IMG/VR virus record: IMGVR_UViG_3300021365_000005
Location: 1 to 64,000 of that record
Length of the DNA stretch: 64,000 nt
Origin: a virus
Strand: one strand, 5' to 3'
Every line of letters begins with the position of its first letter. The stretch's first letter is position 1. Positions 9,258 through 18,769 of the stretch are shown in pieces. Made by a program: the position numbers and the translations under genes. The notes under the pieces are model-generated. The model was not told the DNA's origin, made no database searches, and worked only from the letters and a program-made list of their open reading frames with translations.

Positions 9258-10282
9258 TTATAATTTTAAACCTGCCATAGTGTCTAAATAGATAAACGAA
9301 TCCCTAAGCCAAAACTCTGGGTTGTTTACTATCCTCATCCGATCCTCTTGCAAGTATTTTAAGAACTCTGATGGTACCAATCGTGATGTTGGTTGCTCTA
9401 CGATATTTCGAATGGATTCTTTAGCCACTCCAGATATATCAACTTCATGTAATTGCATTAATTGGAAATTAAGATCTAGAAGCTTTTCGGAGGTTGCTAT
9501 AGCATCTAATACTTTAGCTTCTTCTTTTCTTTGCTTGGCATCTTTTATCACATCATCCATTGAAACAATAGTATCTCCAAATAACATTGGGAGACGTTTT
9601 TCTAAGGTTTTTTGTCCAAGACCTTTAATTCCTGGTATGTTGTCGGACTTATCCCCAGTTAGAGACTTATATAAAATATAGTTTTCAGGTCTTAGCTTAA
9701 ACCTATCTTTCATATCCTGCTTAAAATAAAACTTTTTTGCTGTTGGAGACCAAACTGCAATCTTATCATTTATAAGCTGTAAAAAGTCTGTGTCCGTAGA
9801 CATAATAAAGTGTTGGCTATCTGGAAGAACCTGCTTTGCTATATATGCTATAGCATCATCAGCTTCTATTTTTTCAGTAGCCATTACAGTTACAGGAAGA
9901 TGTTCTAGATACTCAGTTAGTCTGTGTATTTGTTGGCCCATAAAAACCCGTTCATCTTCACCACTTGAATTAGAATTTATTCGAGTTAAGCGGTTATTGA
10001 CTGTTCTTTGGGCTTTGTAGTTTGGAAATAGCTTTTTACGTCTAGCAGATCCTCCCTTGCCATCAAAACAAATAATAACTCTAGTTGGCTTGATATGCCT
10101 TATAGCATACCCAATTGAAAGGAGGAATCCAGTTATGCCGCCGATATGTATTCCATCTTCGTTAGTTGCTGGGTTACATGTGTATGATCTGATAAACGTA
10201 TTAAGTCCATCTATTAACAGTACACGATCGTTAAGCCCCCGTGGGGTGGAATCCTCCTTTAGATTGGCTAGAATGTCTAGAT
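9258..10282 (-). CDS. 5'-3' exonuclease / RNase H (Pol I N-terminal FEN domain); start uncertain (10282 or 10307)
   Basis: LIDGLNTFIRSY, FDGKGGS, EADD, DTDFLQL, GDKSDNIPGIKGLG. Confidence 0.9.
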
Positions 10283-10284
10283 AT

Positions 10285-11409
10285 TTAACCTTGTGGGACA
10301 TCGTCATTGCCTATTTCGATGTCATCAATACCTATAGCATCAGTCTTATAATCCATAATCATAGAATCACAAATCTGATTATATAGCCTGTCTTTGCGTT
10401 CAGGGTCATTCAATACCTTAGTTTCGAACTCTTTGGATTGAAATTTAATAATCTCTCCAGTCGTTTCATCGGTATATGTATACCAAGCTCCAGCTTGTGA
10501 TACTAATTTAGCATCCTTCATCATTTGTAGCCAGGACCCATAATCATCAATACCACTATCAAATAGAATATTAAATTCTGCTGTTCGTAGTGGTGGCCCC
10601 ATTCTGTTTTTGACTACTTGAGCTTTGGTTTTTATACCAATGACTTGATCTTTACCATTGACTTTGACTTTAATCTGTCCCGCAGCTTTTAGTCTTAGCC
10701 TACAACTTGCATGAAAGCCAATTGCCTTACCGCCTGATGTAGTGTATGGGTCTCCAAACATAGCACCAAGCTTAACCCTTAGCTGGTTTGTGAATATTAA
10801 GCATATTCTTTGGCGACCAATCATCTGAGTTATCTTCCTCATTGCTTTTGAAAGAATAATAGCTTTTTGAGTTGCCCAACCTGTCTGGTCAAAATCGTCA
10901 GCCTGTTCCACTTTGGTAGTGGCAGCAGCTACTGAATCAACAACAATAGAAACTAATCTATCTTTGTCAGATTCTCTTACTTTAGTAATAATGTTTTCGA
11001 TAACTTCAAAGATATCTTCAACTGTTTCCAATTGGATATACAACATTTTAGAAACGTCAATACCAATACACTTTGCAAAATCTTCATTCATTGCATTTTC
11101 AGTATCGATATAAACTGCCAGTCCACCTTGTTTTTGGGTGTTGGCCAGAAGATGGGCAGCTAGCAGGGATTTCCCGCTAGCTTCTAAGCCCGTCAATTCT
11201 GTTATTCGTCCTACAGGTAAGCCTCCATTCTTGCGGTTAGAAATAGCAAGGTCTAATATACTTGAACCTGTACTAATCCATTCTTCTAGATCGGTAGGAG
11301 TTTCTTCCGAACCATCTAAAAAATACGCAACTTTGAACGACTTAAACTTTTTATTTAGTGAATCTGCTAATGTATTAGCTAGATCGTCTGTTTTTTGAGA
11401 TTTAGACAT
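10285..11409 (-). CDS. uvsX: RecA/UvsX recombinase
   Basis: ISTGS, GRITELTGLEASGKS, YIDTE, VVDSVAA, FTNQLR, TSGGKAIGF, KNR. Confidence 0.95.
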   Translation of the reverse strand: MSKSQKTDDLANTLADSLNKKFKSFKVAYFLDGSEETPTDLEEWISTGSSILDLAISNRKNGGLPVGRITELTGLEASGKSLLAAHLLANTQKQGGLAVYIDTENAMNEDFAKCIGIDVSKMLYIQLETVEDIFEVIENIITKVRESDKDRLVSIVVDSVAAATTKVEQADDFDQTGWATQKAIILSKAMRKITQMIGRQRICLIFTNQLRVKLGAMFGDPYTTSGGKAIGFHASCRLRLKAAGQIKVKVNGKDQVIGIKTKAQVVKNRMGPPLRTAEFNILFDSGIDDYGSWLQMMKDAKLVSQAGAWYTYTDETTGEIIKFQSKEFETKVLNDPERKDRLYNQICDSMIMDYKTDAIGIDDIEIGNDDVPQG

Positions 11410-11414
11410 TCAGA

Positions 11415-12194
11415 TTAGCTAAATAGATCGTCAAATGCAGCTGAAATGTTATCGGTCTTTTTGACACTTGCTGGAGCATCTGTTGCTGTATCCTTAAAGG
11501 GACTTTCGGACTTTGCTGTTGGAGAAGTAGCTTCAGCTTCTTCACCACCATTAAGCCAAGTCGCTAGAGCAGCTTTTAAGTCGTCATACGTGCACTTTTT
11601 GTAAATATCGAAGATATCAGTTTGACCGTTCATTACCATTTCTGCAACATTTTTATCTTCTGTTGCTGGTGTAACATTAGGCTTAACCATGATTGTAGTC
11701 TTTGGATATCTTTCACTTCCTTCTGGAGGAGTGTAAGTAATAACTAAGTCACGACCTGATGTCGGGTCTGTGATGTCTCCATAGTCAGGATCAGCAATAA
11801 ATGTTAATAGCTCTTGGTAGACCTGTTTACCAAATCCCCACATTTTAACACCTTCTGATTCTTTTCCACGAACTAATACTGGTAGATATGTACGCATTTT
11901 AGGTTCTAGCTTTTTCCCTAATTTCCAGTCATCTGAATTACCTGAAGACTTTAGTTGCTCTGCAAATTCGACGACCGGATCCGGTTCTCCGAAAGTTACA
12001 GGAGATAAAAAGTTTCGCTTACCTAGATCATAATGAAAGTATAATTCCATAAATGGATTGTCTTTATTGTGCTGATAGGGTACTATACGTAGCTGGTTTT
12101 TACCTGGTTCTGGTTTCCAAAGATTAGATACTCTTTGGTTAGTTGTTTGAAGCTTATTTAGCTTGTTTCGGATTGCATTTAAATCAATTGCCAT
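11415..12194 (-). CDS. Single-stranded DNA-binding protein (gp32-like)
   Basis: LWKP...LRIVPY, YGDITDPTSGRDL and an acidic C-terminus ending AFDDLFS. Confidence 0.88.
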   Translation of the reverse strand: MAIDLNAIRNKLNKLQTTNQRVSNLWKPEPGKNQLRIVPYQHNKDNPFMELYFHYDLGKRNFLSPVTFGEPDPVVEFAEQLKSSGNSDDWKLGKKLEPKMRTYLPVLVRGKESEGVKMWGFGKQVYQELLTFIADPDYGDITDPTSGRDLVITYTPPEGSERYPKTTIMVKPNVTPATEDKNVAEMVMNGQTDIFDIYKKCTYDDLKAALATWLNGGEEAEATSPTAKSESPFKDTATDAPASVKKTDNISAAFDDLFS

Positions 12195-12224
12195 TGGTTC
12201 TCCTTTTAATTGTTAATAGACATG

Positions 12225-12275
12225 TAAATATAAGACATAACTTTTTAAATAAAAAATTATTTGTTGGTTAGTTTT
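12225..12275 (-). promoter_or_regulatory. Class A promoter upstream of the ssb-uvsX-exo-helicase operon
   Basis: AAACTAACC...ATAATTTTTTAT...CTTATATTTAC, same spacing as the other class A sites. Confidence 0.7.
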
Positions 12276-13191
12276 CAAAATTTGTCATATAATCTTGAAT
12301 AGATAATTCTTTTGCTTTAGATTCCACCATAATATCTAGTGGTAGCCCCCACGAGTTGATTTTGTCGTGGATGTAGTCTGAGTGAGCTTGCGGCTTTATT
12401 TTTGGATTATTTTCGTGCAAGGCTTTAGATTCTGAGTAGTGTACACATTGCTTGATGCCATCTGGCCAAGTTTTAGATGCTAAGTGTAGTGCAGCTTCTT
12501 CGGATAGATCCCCAGTGCAAAACTTGTGGTGGTGATAGTCGAAGACAATAGGTATGCCAATAACTTTATGTATACCATGGTACAAATCCATTACAGAATA
12601 CATTGAAGCACGGTCGTCGTTTTCTATAGTAAGCCTAGCTTGTGCACCAGGACTAAGACGTTTAAAGCTTTCGCAGAAGCGAGCCATTGCTGCTATTTTG
12701 TCGCCATATGCGCCACCAACATGTATATTGATTTTTGCATAGTTGGATTGTGGTAGGCCCATTAGATCCATGACTTCCGCATGTTGGTTTAATTCGTGGA
12801 TTGATTTGTCTACGACTGACGGGGATGGGGAAGCCAAGACCACAAATGGACCTGGATGGAATGATAGACGCTGATTGTATGATTTAGCCAGTGTGCCAGC
12901 ACCTTTTAATATGTTTGATATTTTAGTGTAGTCTGGCAGATCTGATATTGCATACTCCGACATCCAAGGAAATATACCTGATGACATGCGAAATAGCTTG
13001 ATACCATTTGCATGATTCCACTTTATAATTTCCACTAAGTCTTTTGAATTTTGCAATGCTAATTCAGATGCATACTGAATGCCTTTAGCGTTAAATGTTT
13101 TTTTGATCATTGACCGACTTGTAAATATACCCGACTTTCGGAGGTGGGTATTGATACATGCATATCCTAATTGTGTTTCCATATTATCCAT
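12268..13191 (-). CDS. uvsE: UV damage endonuclease UvsE/UvdE
   Basis: LGYACIN, LFRMSS, RLSFHPGPF, IHVGG, LTIENDD, FDYHHH, HYSES, AHSDY, MVESKAKE. Confidence 0.95.
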   Translation of the reverse strand: MDNMETQLGYACINTHLRKSGIFTSRSMIKKTFNAKGIQYASELALQNSKDLVEIIKWNHANGIKLFRMSSGIFPWMSEYAISDLPDYTKISNILKGAGTLAKSYNQRLSFHPGPFVVLASPSPSVVDKSIHELNQHAEVMDLMGLPQSNYAKINIHVGGAYGDKIAAMARFCESFKRLSPGAQARLTIENDDRASMYSVMDLYHGIHKVIGIPIVFDYHHHKFCTGDLSEEAALHLASKTWPDGIKQCVHYSESKALHENNPKIKPQAHSDYIHDKINSWGLPLDIMVESKAKELSIQDYMTNFEN

Positions 13192-13202
13192 TTTGTATAC
13201 TA

Positions 13203-13247
13203 CTAATATACGACTTATTTAGTAAAGACTACGATGTTAATCGTTAA
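13203..13247 (-). promoter_or_regulatory. Class B promoter upstream of uvsE
   Basis: Same four blocks and spacing as 2715-2759. Confidence 0.75.
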
Positions 13248-13253
13248 AAAACG

Positions 13254-13607
13254 TTATTTCCAGAATAGTTGCACACAGATAATACCTGTTGACAATATCA
13301 AGGATGTTAGAGTTTTAAGGTTAATACCTTCGCTCATAAAGTAACTAGTTAGTAAGGCATATGCCACCATACCAAAACCAAAGCCTAAAAAACGGCCAGG
13401 CCATAATAGACCATCAAAATATTGATATGAATACTTAGTTGCTTGAATAAATAGATATGAAATAATTGAACCCATACCGACTGCTAGTAGCAGGGGGTTG
13501 CGTTTGAACCATGGCCATAGAAATTGACCATTTACTTGGAACCAAATTAGGGTTTGTCCGCCGAGGAACAGGCTTATAGCCAGTAAAAGTTTATGCATAA
13601 TATTCAA
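13254..13607 (-). CDS. Small 4-TM membrane protein (SMR/DMT-like topology)
   Basis: Four hydrophobic segments in about 115 aa; has its own class A promoter. Confidence 0.6.
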   Translation of the reverse strand: MNIMHKLLLAISLFLGGQTLIWFQVNGQFLWPWFKRNPLLLAVGMGSIISYLFIQATKYSYQYFDGLLWPGRFLGFGFGMVAYALLTSYFMSEGINLKTLTSLILSTGIICVQLFWK

Positions 13608-13625
13608 TCTTTAATTAGTACTTAG

Positions 13626-13675
13626 TAAATATAATAAATCTTTTGTAAATAAAAAAATTTATTGGTGGTTATTTT
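13626..13675 (-). promoter_or_regulatory. Class A promoter
   Basis: AAAATAACC...ATAAATTTTTTTAT...ATTATATTTAC. Confidence 0.7.
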
Positions 13676-13682
13676 TTAATTA

Positions 13683-14234
13683 TTATTTTGCAAACATACG
13701 CTTGGTTTGATCTGAAGAGCTCGCGGTGTCTTCCGGAGGAACACTTAGGACCTTAGCATATGCTTTGGCATCGCTGATGAACTTAGGCACCCACGACTTT
13801 AATTCCGATTCTAATTTATCCAAGGTATCTACCTTTTTAATTGTTTGGGACATCTTAGTCTTTTTACCTGGTATATGGTTTGCCATTAGGTTGATGCTTT
13901 GAAGCTCTAATTGCCCAAACTTCGATATGTTGATTCCGGCATAGCAAGTGGCTGTAAACATTATTGGGCTTCTTCCAGGGAAAACTGGAGGGAACTTTTT
14001 GGACTCTCCAGTTGTGTTTGCCGGGTCTTCGATATTACGGCCATTTCCAAAGTGGGGTCCTGGGTTGACTACAGAAAGTTTTGATATCCCAGTGTAGCCA
14101 GACTTTTTAGCAGCAGCTAAAACCTTTTGCATTGGGTTGTGCATCATCTTTATGTACTTATCAAGAATTGGGTCAGCTTCTTCTTTGGTGAATTGTATTT
14201 GGCCCTCATTTAGAATTTCAGTTAGCTTAATCAT
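13683..14234 (-). CDS. Hypothetical protein with MIKLxEILxE leader (candidate internal head protein)
   Basis: N-terminus MIKLTEILNE resembles those of ORFs at 43896-45661. Confidence 0.6.
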   Translation of the reverse strand: MIKLTEILNEGQIQFTKEEADPILDKYIKMMHNPMQKVLAAAKKSGYTGISKLSVVNPGPHFGNGRNIEDPANTTGESKKFPPVFPGRSPIMFTATCYAGINISKFGQLELQSINLMANHIPGKKTKMSQTIKKVDTLDKLESELKSWVPKFISDAKAYAKVLSVPPEDTASSSDQTKRMFAK

Positions 14235-14239
14235 GTTGA

Positions 14240-14602
14240 CTAAACGTTTCTAAATTTAGGAGCCCCTTTTACAGCCTGGACATTACGAAAGTCTGAGTCT
14301 ACATAGATATAGTACTTTTCACTGCCTTTAGTTAGGTAGTGGACAACAAAGTTTTCGAAGTCTTGGTATGATTTAACACCTGTAAGCTGGTCCTGTGCGA
14401 TTTCACCATCAGTAGCCATTTTATCCAATGCAGATTTTTTACCAGATGGGAAGTTTTGAAATTCCCAACCATTATCGAACATATTCTGAACGAAGTCTTC
14501 AAAATTACTAGCTTTAACTACATCTTGTGGATGTGTGAATGCTGATTCATATAAGTATTTTTCATTCCATTCGCGAATGTTAAATTTTTTAGGTCTTGAC
14601 AT
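14240..14602 (-). CDS. Hypothetical protein, paralog of 43896..44237
   Basis: Shared YES..THP.D, GWEF..FPS...S.LDK...DG and AVKG.PKFR. Confidence 0.75.
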   Translation of the reverse strand: MSRPKKFNIREWNEKYLYESAFTHPQDVVKASNFEDFVQNMFDNGWEFQNFPSGKKSALDKMATDGEIAQDQLTGVKSYQDFENFVVHYLTKGSEKYYIYVDSDFRNVQAVKGAPKFRNV

Positions 14603-14668
14603 TATAATATCCTTTTTTTTGAAGGGGGGCCTTTAGGTAAAAAACCTTCTTCGGTAATTTTTTACATA

Positions 14669-14678
14669 TATAAATATC
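14669..14678 (-). promoter_or_regulatory. Late-type motif GATATTTATA
   Basis: Recurrent intergenic motif. Confidence 0.6.
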
Positions 14679-14685
14679 AAGGAGT

Positions 14686-15078
14686 TTACTTTGTATGCAC
14701 CACTTTATGGATAATGGTGTTTATACGTCGTAGGTCCTCGACATTTGTTGTTAATAAACAGTTTCTATAATCATTCCAGTCTACCTGAAAAGTGGAATCT
14801 AACTCATTCCCATTTACTGATTTGATTAGCGTATTTAGTGCATTGATTGTATATAGGGTATTGGTGTGCCTTTTCCTATGTAGAGATATTGTACTGCCGA
14901 GAATATTGAAATCCACAGCAGATGTTACATTGTACGTACACATATAATCATACTGTTTATCTGCATTTTCTAGGACAAATATTTTACCATATAGCACATC
15001 ATAATTCTGGATTATAGAATCAAGAGTCTGATCTAAATTTTCACCGAAGGTAAATGTACATAGGAGTTGGGATTTCAT
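14686..15078 (-). CDS. Conserved phage hypothetical protein
   Basis: 130 aa ORF coupled by a TAATG overlap to the upstream gene; QLLCTF and HRKRHTNTLYTINALN blocks. Confidence 0.7.
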   Translation of the reverse strand: MKSQLLCTFTFGENLDQTLDSIIQNYDVLYGKIFVLENADKQYDYMCTYNVTSAVDFNILGSTISLHRKRHTNTLYTINALNTLIKSVNGNELDSTFQVDWNDYRNCLLTTNVEDLRRINTIIHKVVHTK

Positions 15079-17162
15079 TATGATTTAGCAGCCTTGGCTT
15101 GTAAGCAATCTCTCATTCCCTTTCCAAAACCTGTTGCGACTTTTTGGGAGGTTCCAGCGGTTCTCCAAGTATCATCGAATAGTTCTACTCCTTTACCACT
15201 TGCATCGTCAATTGTAATCCTATCTCCACCTGGCTGGACTCTGCATCTTTTTCTTAAATGGTCTTTAAGAGCTGCCTTTCCTTCAGCGGTGGAACTATCA
15301 CCTTTAAACCCACTTTTTTCTGCTACGCACGTTCTAATCATAGATGGCTTTACCCCATTAATTCCCATCTGAAGTAGCATACCATCATCTGAATCCATAT
15401 CGACGTATGTGTCAATATGACATGCATCTAGAACACCACTAATATATCCCTCTTGGTGTGGGCCATTATCAGCATCTGGGTTGTCTTTTGAATATCCGTC
15501 TGGTTTGTCTGCTTCTACCAAATCGTTGACTGCAGCTGCGTGTGAACTTTTTACTATGTCTTTTTCTGTTTGTTTTATTTTTGCAGATGCTTTGACACTT
15601 TCATCGTTAAAGTTTAATGTTGGATTGTCCCTTTTAAACTTACTATCTGCTGCAAACTCTCCTACTTTAATAGCAATTTTACCATAGGTTGTGTATGAGG
15701 GACTTTTCCCTTCGTCAGTAAGTTTTTTTGAATGAGCGTTCATTTCAGTTAAAAGCTCTTTGGTATTCATTTTGTCAGGATCTAATCCATTCTTTTTAAG
15801 ATGAGTTCTAAACTTTGAATTTTCCCTTAACTTTTTGATGTAGGGTTTCATTTCTTTTGATTCGCACACAGCAACAAAGTCGTCAGTAATTTTAATGTCG
15901 CTTGCTGCTTTAACAGTATTTTCCTTGACCTCATCAACTTTTTTTATATTTTCCTGAAGAGATTTTATTACTTCTTTGGCAACCTTAGGTCCATACTTAG
16001 CTTCTAGCTCGCGAAAACGTTTACTAGGTGACGAGTTGTTTTGGGGATCCCGAATCTGATCATCTTTTTTGTTAGATATGCCCATATAGGTGGTTCTGCC
16101 TTTGTCGTCTTTACCTACAACATAGGTGTCATGATATGATTTGAACTTGGAAAAGTTTTTTAGTTGCTTTTCAGCGTATTTCCTATCTTCAGGAGTTTTA
16201 GCATTTTTTAAATTATCTTCTAAATGGGCTTCAACTGCTTGATCTGCTTCTGGGGTAGACTGAACAGTTACATTAGGTTTTGATGTGTCTATTGACGACT
16301 CTTCTATAGATTGCTTAGTTGATAATGCTCCATCATAAGCAGTTTCCATCCATTCATCATATGCTTTGTCGTTACTATTAAAGCCTTTTTTACCTTTTTT
16401 GTGGAATACACTTTTTGGGTCAGATTTGGCTTTTTTTCTTTGCTGTAGAACCCACACCTCTCTTTTTGCAAGGTAGGTATTAAATTCAGGAGAATCGGGT
16501 TCTAAACCTAAAGCTTTAGCAGTACGAGAATCTTGTTTAGTTTTTGGTCTATTTTCAATTTCTTTTTCTTTTTCTAATATAGCCTCTTTATTTTCCGAAT
16601 CGAACTTATTAAAGTCAGTGTTAGTAGCCTCGCAATACTTGGATTCCCCTTCACTAGCTAGCGCACCTCCTGGTCCAGCAATTCCTAAGGCCCTATTAGT
16701 TTGTACGCCATTTTGGAATTCTACAAGAACATCTAGATTCCCAGAGTTTAGGTCATCTAAAACTTCCTTTCTAGTAGGTCCTTTAGGGTTATCCTTGTGG
16801 GTTTTATCCTTTTCACCAAACTTACTTCTATCAACATTTATTTTGAGATCTTCTTTTGGGACATCATCTTTATCTATTTTAGGATCATTTTTAGGCTCAT
16901 CCTTAGACTTTTTTGGAGAGTCTCCAGGGCTTGACCCGTATGGTTTTCCTACTCTTCCAAGACCCCTATTTTGAGAATTATCAACGTAGGTTCGTTCTTC
17001 TGTAAGGGTTTCTATTAATTCATTAATAGCAGGAGTAGTCCACTTATGCATAGTCAGGACCACTCTTAATTCTTGTAGATGCTCTGGGTTGTTGAAGTCT
17101 GGAGTTCCATCTTCTAGTCTCCAACAAAGTTCTGTTATTATTCTATTAAAATCCATAGGCAT
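15078..17162 (-). CDS. Large charged hypothetical protein (late-type promoter; candidate internal protein)
   Basis: 694 aa, Lys/Asp/Glu-rich; N-terminal segment ends in LIETLTEE. Confidence 0.7.
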   Translation of the reverse strand: MPMDFNRIITELCWRLEDGTPDFNNPEHLQELRVVLTMHKWTTPAINELIETLTEERTYVDNSQNRGLGRVGKPYGSSPGDSPKKSKDEPKNDPKIDKDDVPKEDLKINVDRSKFGEKDKTHKDNPKGPTRKEVLDDLNSGNLDVLVEFQNGVQTNRALGIAGPGGALASEGESKYCEATNTDFNKFDSENKEAILEKEKEIENRPKTKQDSRTAKALGLEPDSPEFNTYLAKREVWVLQQRKKAKSDPKSVFHKKGKKGFNSNDKAYDEWMETAYDGALSTKQSIEESSIDTSKPNVTVQSTPEADQAVEAHLEDNLKNAKTPEDRKYAEKQLKNFSKFKSYHDTYVVGKDDKGRTTYMGISNKKDDQIRDPQNNSSPSKRFRELEAKYGPKVAKEVIKSLQENIKKVDEVKENTVKAASDIKITDDFVAVCESKEMKPYIKKLRENSKFRTHLKKNGLDPDKMNTKELLTEMNAHSKKLTDEGKSPSYTTYGKIAIKVGEFAADSKFKRDNPTLNFNDESVKASAKIKQTEKDIVKSSHAAAVNDLVEADKPDGYSKDNPDADNGPHQEGYISGVLDACHIDTYVDMDSDDGMLLQMGINGVKPSMIRTCVAEKSGFKGDSSTAEGKAALKDHLRKRCRVQPGGDRITIDDASGKGVELFDDTWRTAGTSQKVATGFGKGMRDCLQAKAAKS

Positions 17163-17172
17163 TTCCTTATAT

Positions 17173-17182
17173 TATAAATATC
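17173..17182 (-). promoter_or_regulatory. Late-type motif GATATTTATA
   Basis: Recurrent intergenic motif. Confidence 0.6.
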
Positions 17183-17185
17183 ATT

Positions 17186-18184
17186 TCACAAAGCCAAAGG
17201 TCTCATGGCATCATAATTCTTACCATACTTTGATTTGGTTGGTAGGCCCATCAGGGCTTTTAGTTCGAACAATAGGGATTTGCCATCTTCAGGGGCAACG
17301 TCAAACAAAAATGAATCGTAGGTATATAGAACCAATTTGGTTTTACGATCTTTTAATAGTGCTTGAATTTTTTCCATAACTTCGATATTTTTTTCGGTCT
17401 CATAGGCTTGGATTAAATAATTAAATAATTTCTGAGGAGACATGTCCTCATAATTCTTTTTATAAAACCTTCTACCAAAGATCGGGGTCTCGATGTAGCC
17501 CCTCTCATTATAATTATCCCATAATTCAAAAATATAGGTCTTAGTCTTCTTAAAGTATTCTATGTTCTCAAACTCCTTCGGTATACCTCCATAGAGCACC
17601 CTAAACGAGATCCTTTTCGACTCTTCATATTCCTCATTGGTCAAGTTATTAGTGTCAAAGTACATTTTTCCAAGATGAGAGTGAACTGAGGGTTCTGAGA
17701 ATTCATAGTCGATAAGTCCAGCTATTAACCTTAGGTGGTAGGCATCATAGTCAAACTCAACTAAAACTCCTGAGTCATGTCTACTAATAAACCTTGCCCT
17801 AGACTTGTCGTCTTTGTTTAATGCAGCATAGTTTACCCCATTGTTGGTGTTTGAAGGTCTACCGGTAAGTGTATACAAGTTGTATTTAGAATGTTCTGTG
17901 CCTGTTGTTGTGAATATGCCGTTATCTTCAATTGCTTCAAATAGCGGAGCAATCCTATCTATATATGTTTCTTCACATATTGCCTTAGGCATACCTGCTA
18001 GCACTCTGGAGTTTATTGCTTCCTGCTCTCTGTGCTTGTTTTTTGGTATAATCATATGAACATCATTTCTATTCCAGTACTTATGACTAAAAAATTTAAA
18101 TATTGGTAGCTGAATGGTTTCCAGATCGGTGGCTTTCCCAGTGTTCAGGTAGCTACGAATTGAAATCTGCTTCAGGATATCCAT
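17186..18184 (-). CDS. Stand-alone family A DNA polymerase catalytic domain (no exonuclease domains)
   Basis: TLTGRPS, motif A FDYDAYHLRLIA, motif B SKRISFRVLYGG, NYLIQ, motif C YTYDSFLFD. Confidence 0.85.
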   Translation of the reverse strand: MDILKQISIRSYLNTGKATDLETIQLPIFKFFSHKYWNRNDVHMIIPKNKHREQEAINSRVLAGMPKAICEETYIDRIAPLFEAIEDNGIFTTTGTEHSKYNLYTLTGRPSNTNNGVNYAALNKDDKSRARFISRHDSGVLVEFDYDAYHLRLIAGLIDYEFSEPSVHSHLGKMYFDTNNLTNEEYEESKRISFRVLYGGIPKEFENIEYFKKTKTYIFELWDNYNERGYIETPIFGRRFYKKNYEDMSPQKLFNYLIQAYETEKNIEVMEKIQALLKDRKTKLVLYTYDSFLFDVAPEDGKSLLFELKALMGLPTKSKYGKNYDAMRPLAL

Positions 18185-18188
18185 ATAG

Positions 18189-18238
18189 CCAATATACGAA
18201 ATAAAAGCTATAAATAAAAATATTTATGAGGTTATTTT
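18189..18238 (-). promoter_or_regulatory. Class A promoter only 4 nt before the polA-like ATG (probably leaderless)
   Basis: AAAATAACC...ATATTTTTAT...TTTCGTATATTGG-CTAT-ATG. Confidence 0.7.
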
Positions 18239-18769
18239 AGCTAGGTCATCTGCAGGAAGAACTAGCGGTAGTTCCGGAAATTTATCTTTGTGAATAGCCA
18301 TAGACCTCTGGTTGGTGTCTATAATGCCAGTTTTAACAATTGTACCACTAGAATTAGGTATATCATTTAAAGGTCCAGATATTTTCCACACTAGCTTTAT
18401 TGCTGCATACAAGTTTTTTAGAATTATGTCTTTTTTCTTGTAGATAGTATATGTTGGTTTTGAAACTTCATAAATAGTTTTTGTATATAGGTTTTTAACA
18501 AAGTACCTATTTATTCTTGAAATGGCGTAATCTTTTTCTAAAGGACTAGGTTTAAAGCTTACAGGATCGTCTAGGTGTTGGCCAAATGTAGGATGTAAGC
18601 CATTAAATTCTAATGCTTCTACGCCAAATTGAAATTCACTAAGCCTAGTAGAAGGTCTAGGATCGTCTACTCCTGAATATGGAAAACCTTTGTAATAGTG
18701 ATATAGGCCTACATACTCTTTTCTAGTATCGACCAATATAAATTCCGAGCCTTGAGTGGAGTAGATCAT
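18224..18769 (-). CDS. Hypothetical protein at the end of the baseplate operon
   Basis: 181 aa ORF with ATGA overlap to the upstream gene. Confidence 0.65.
   Translation of the reverse strand: MIYSTQGSEFILVDTRKEYVGLYHYYKGFPYSGVDDPRPSTRLSEFQFGVEALEFNGLHPTFGQHLDDPVSFKPSPLEKDYAISRINRYFVKNLYTKTIYEVSKPTYTIYKKKDIILKNLYAAIKLVWKISGPLNDIPNSSGTIVKTGIIDTNQRSMAIHKDKFPELPLVLPADDLAKITS

Noticed and set aside
14603-14668. Possible structured leader or ATG-TAA mini-ORF upstream of 14602
   Set aside because: Only short, weak stems (AGGT/ACCT, GAAG/CTTC), which is not enough evidence.
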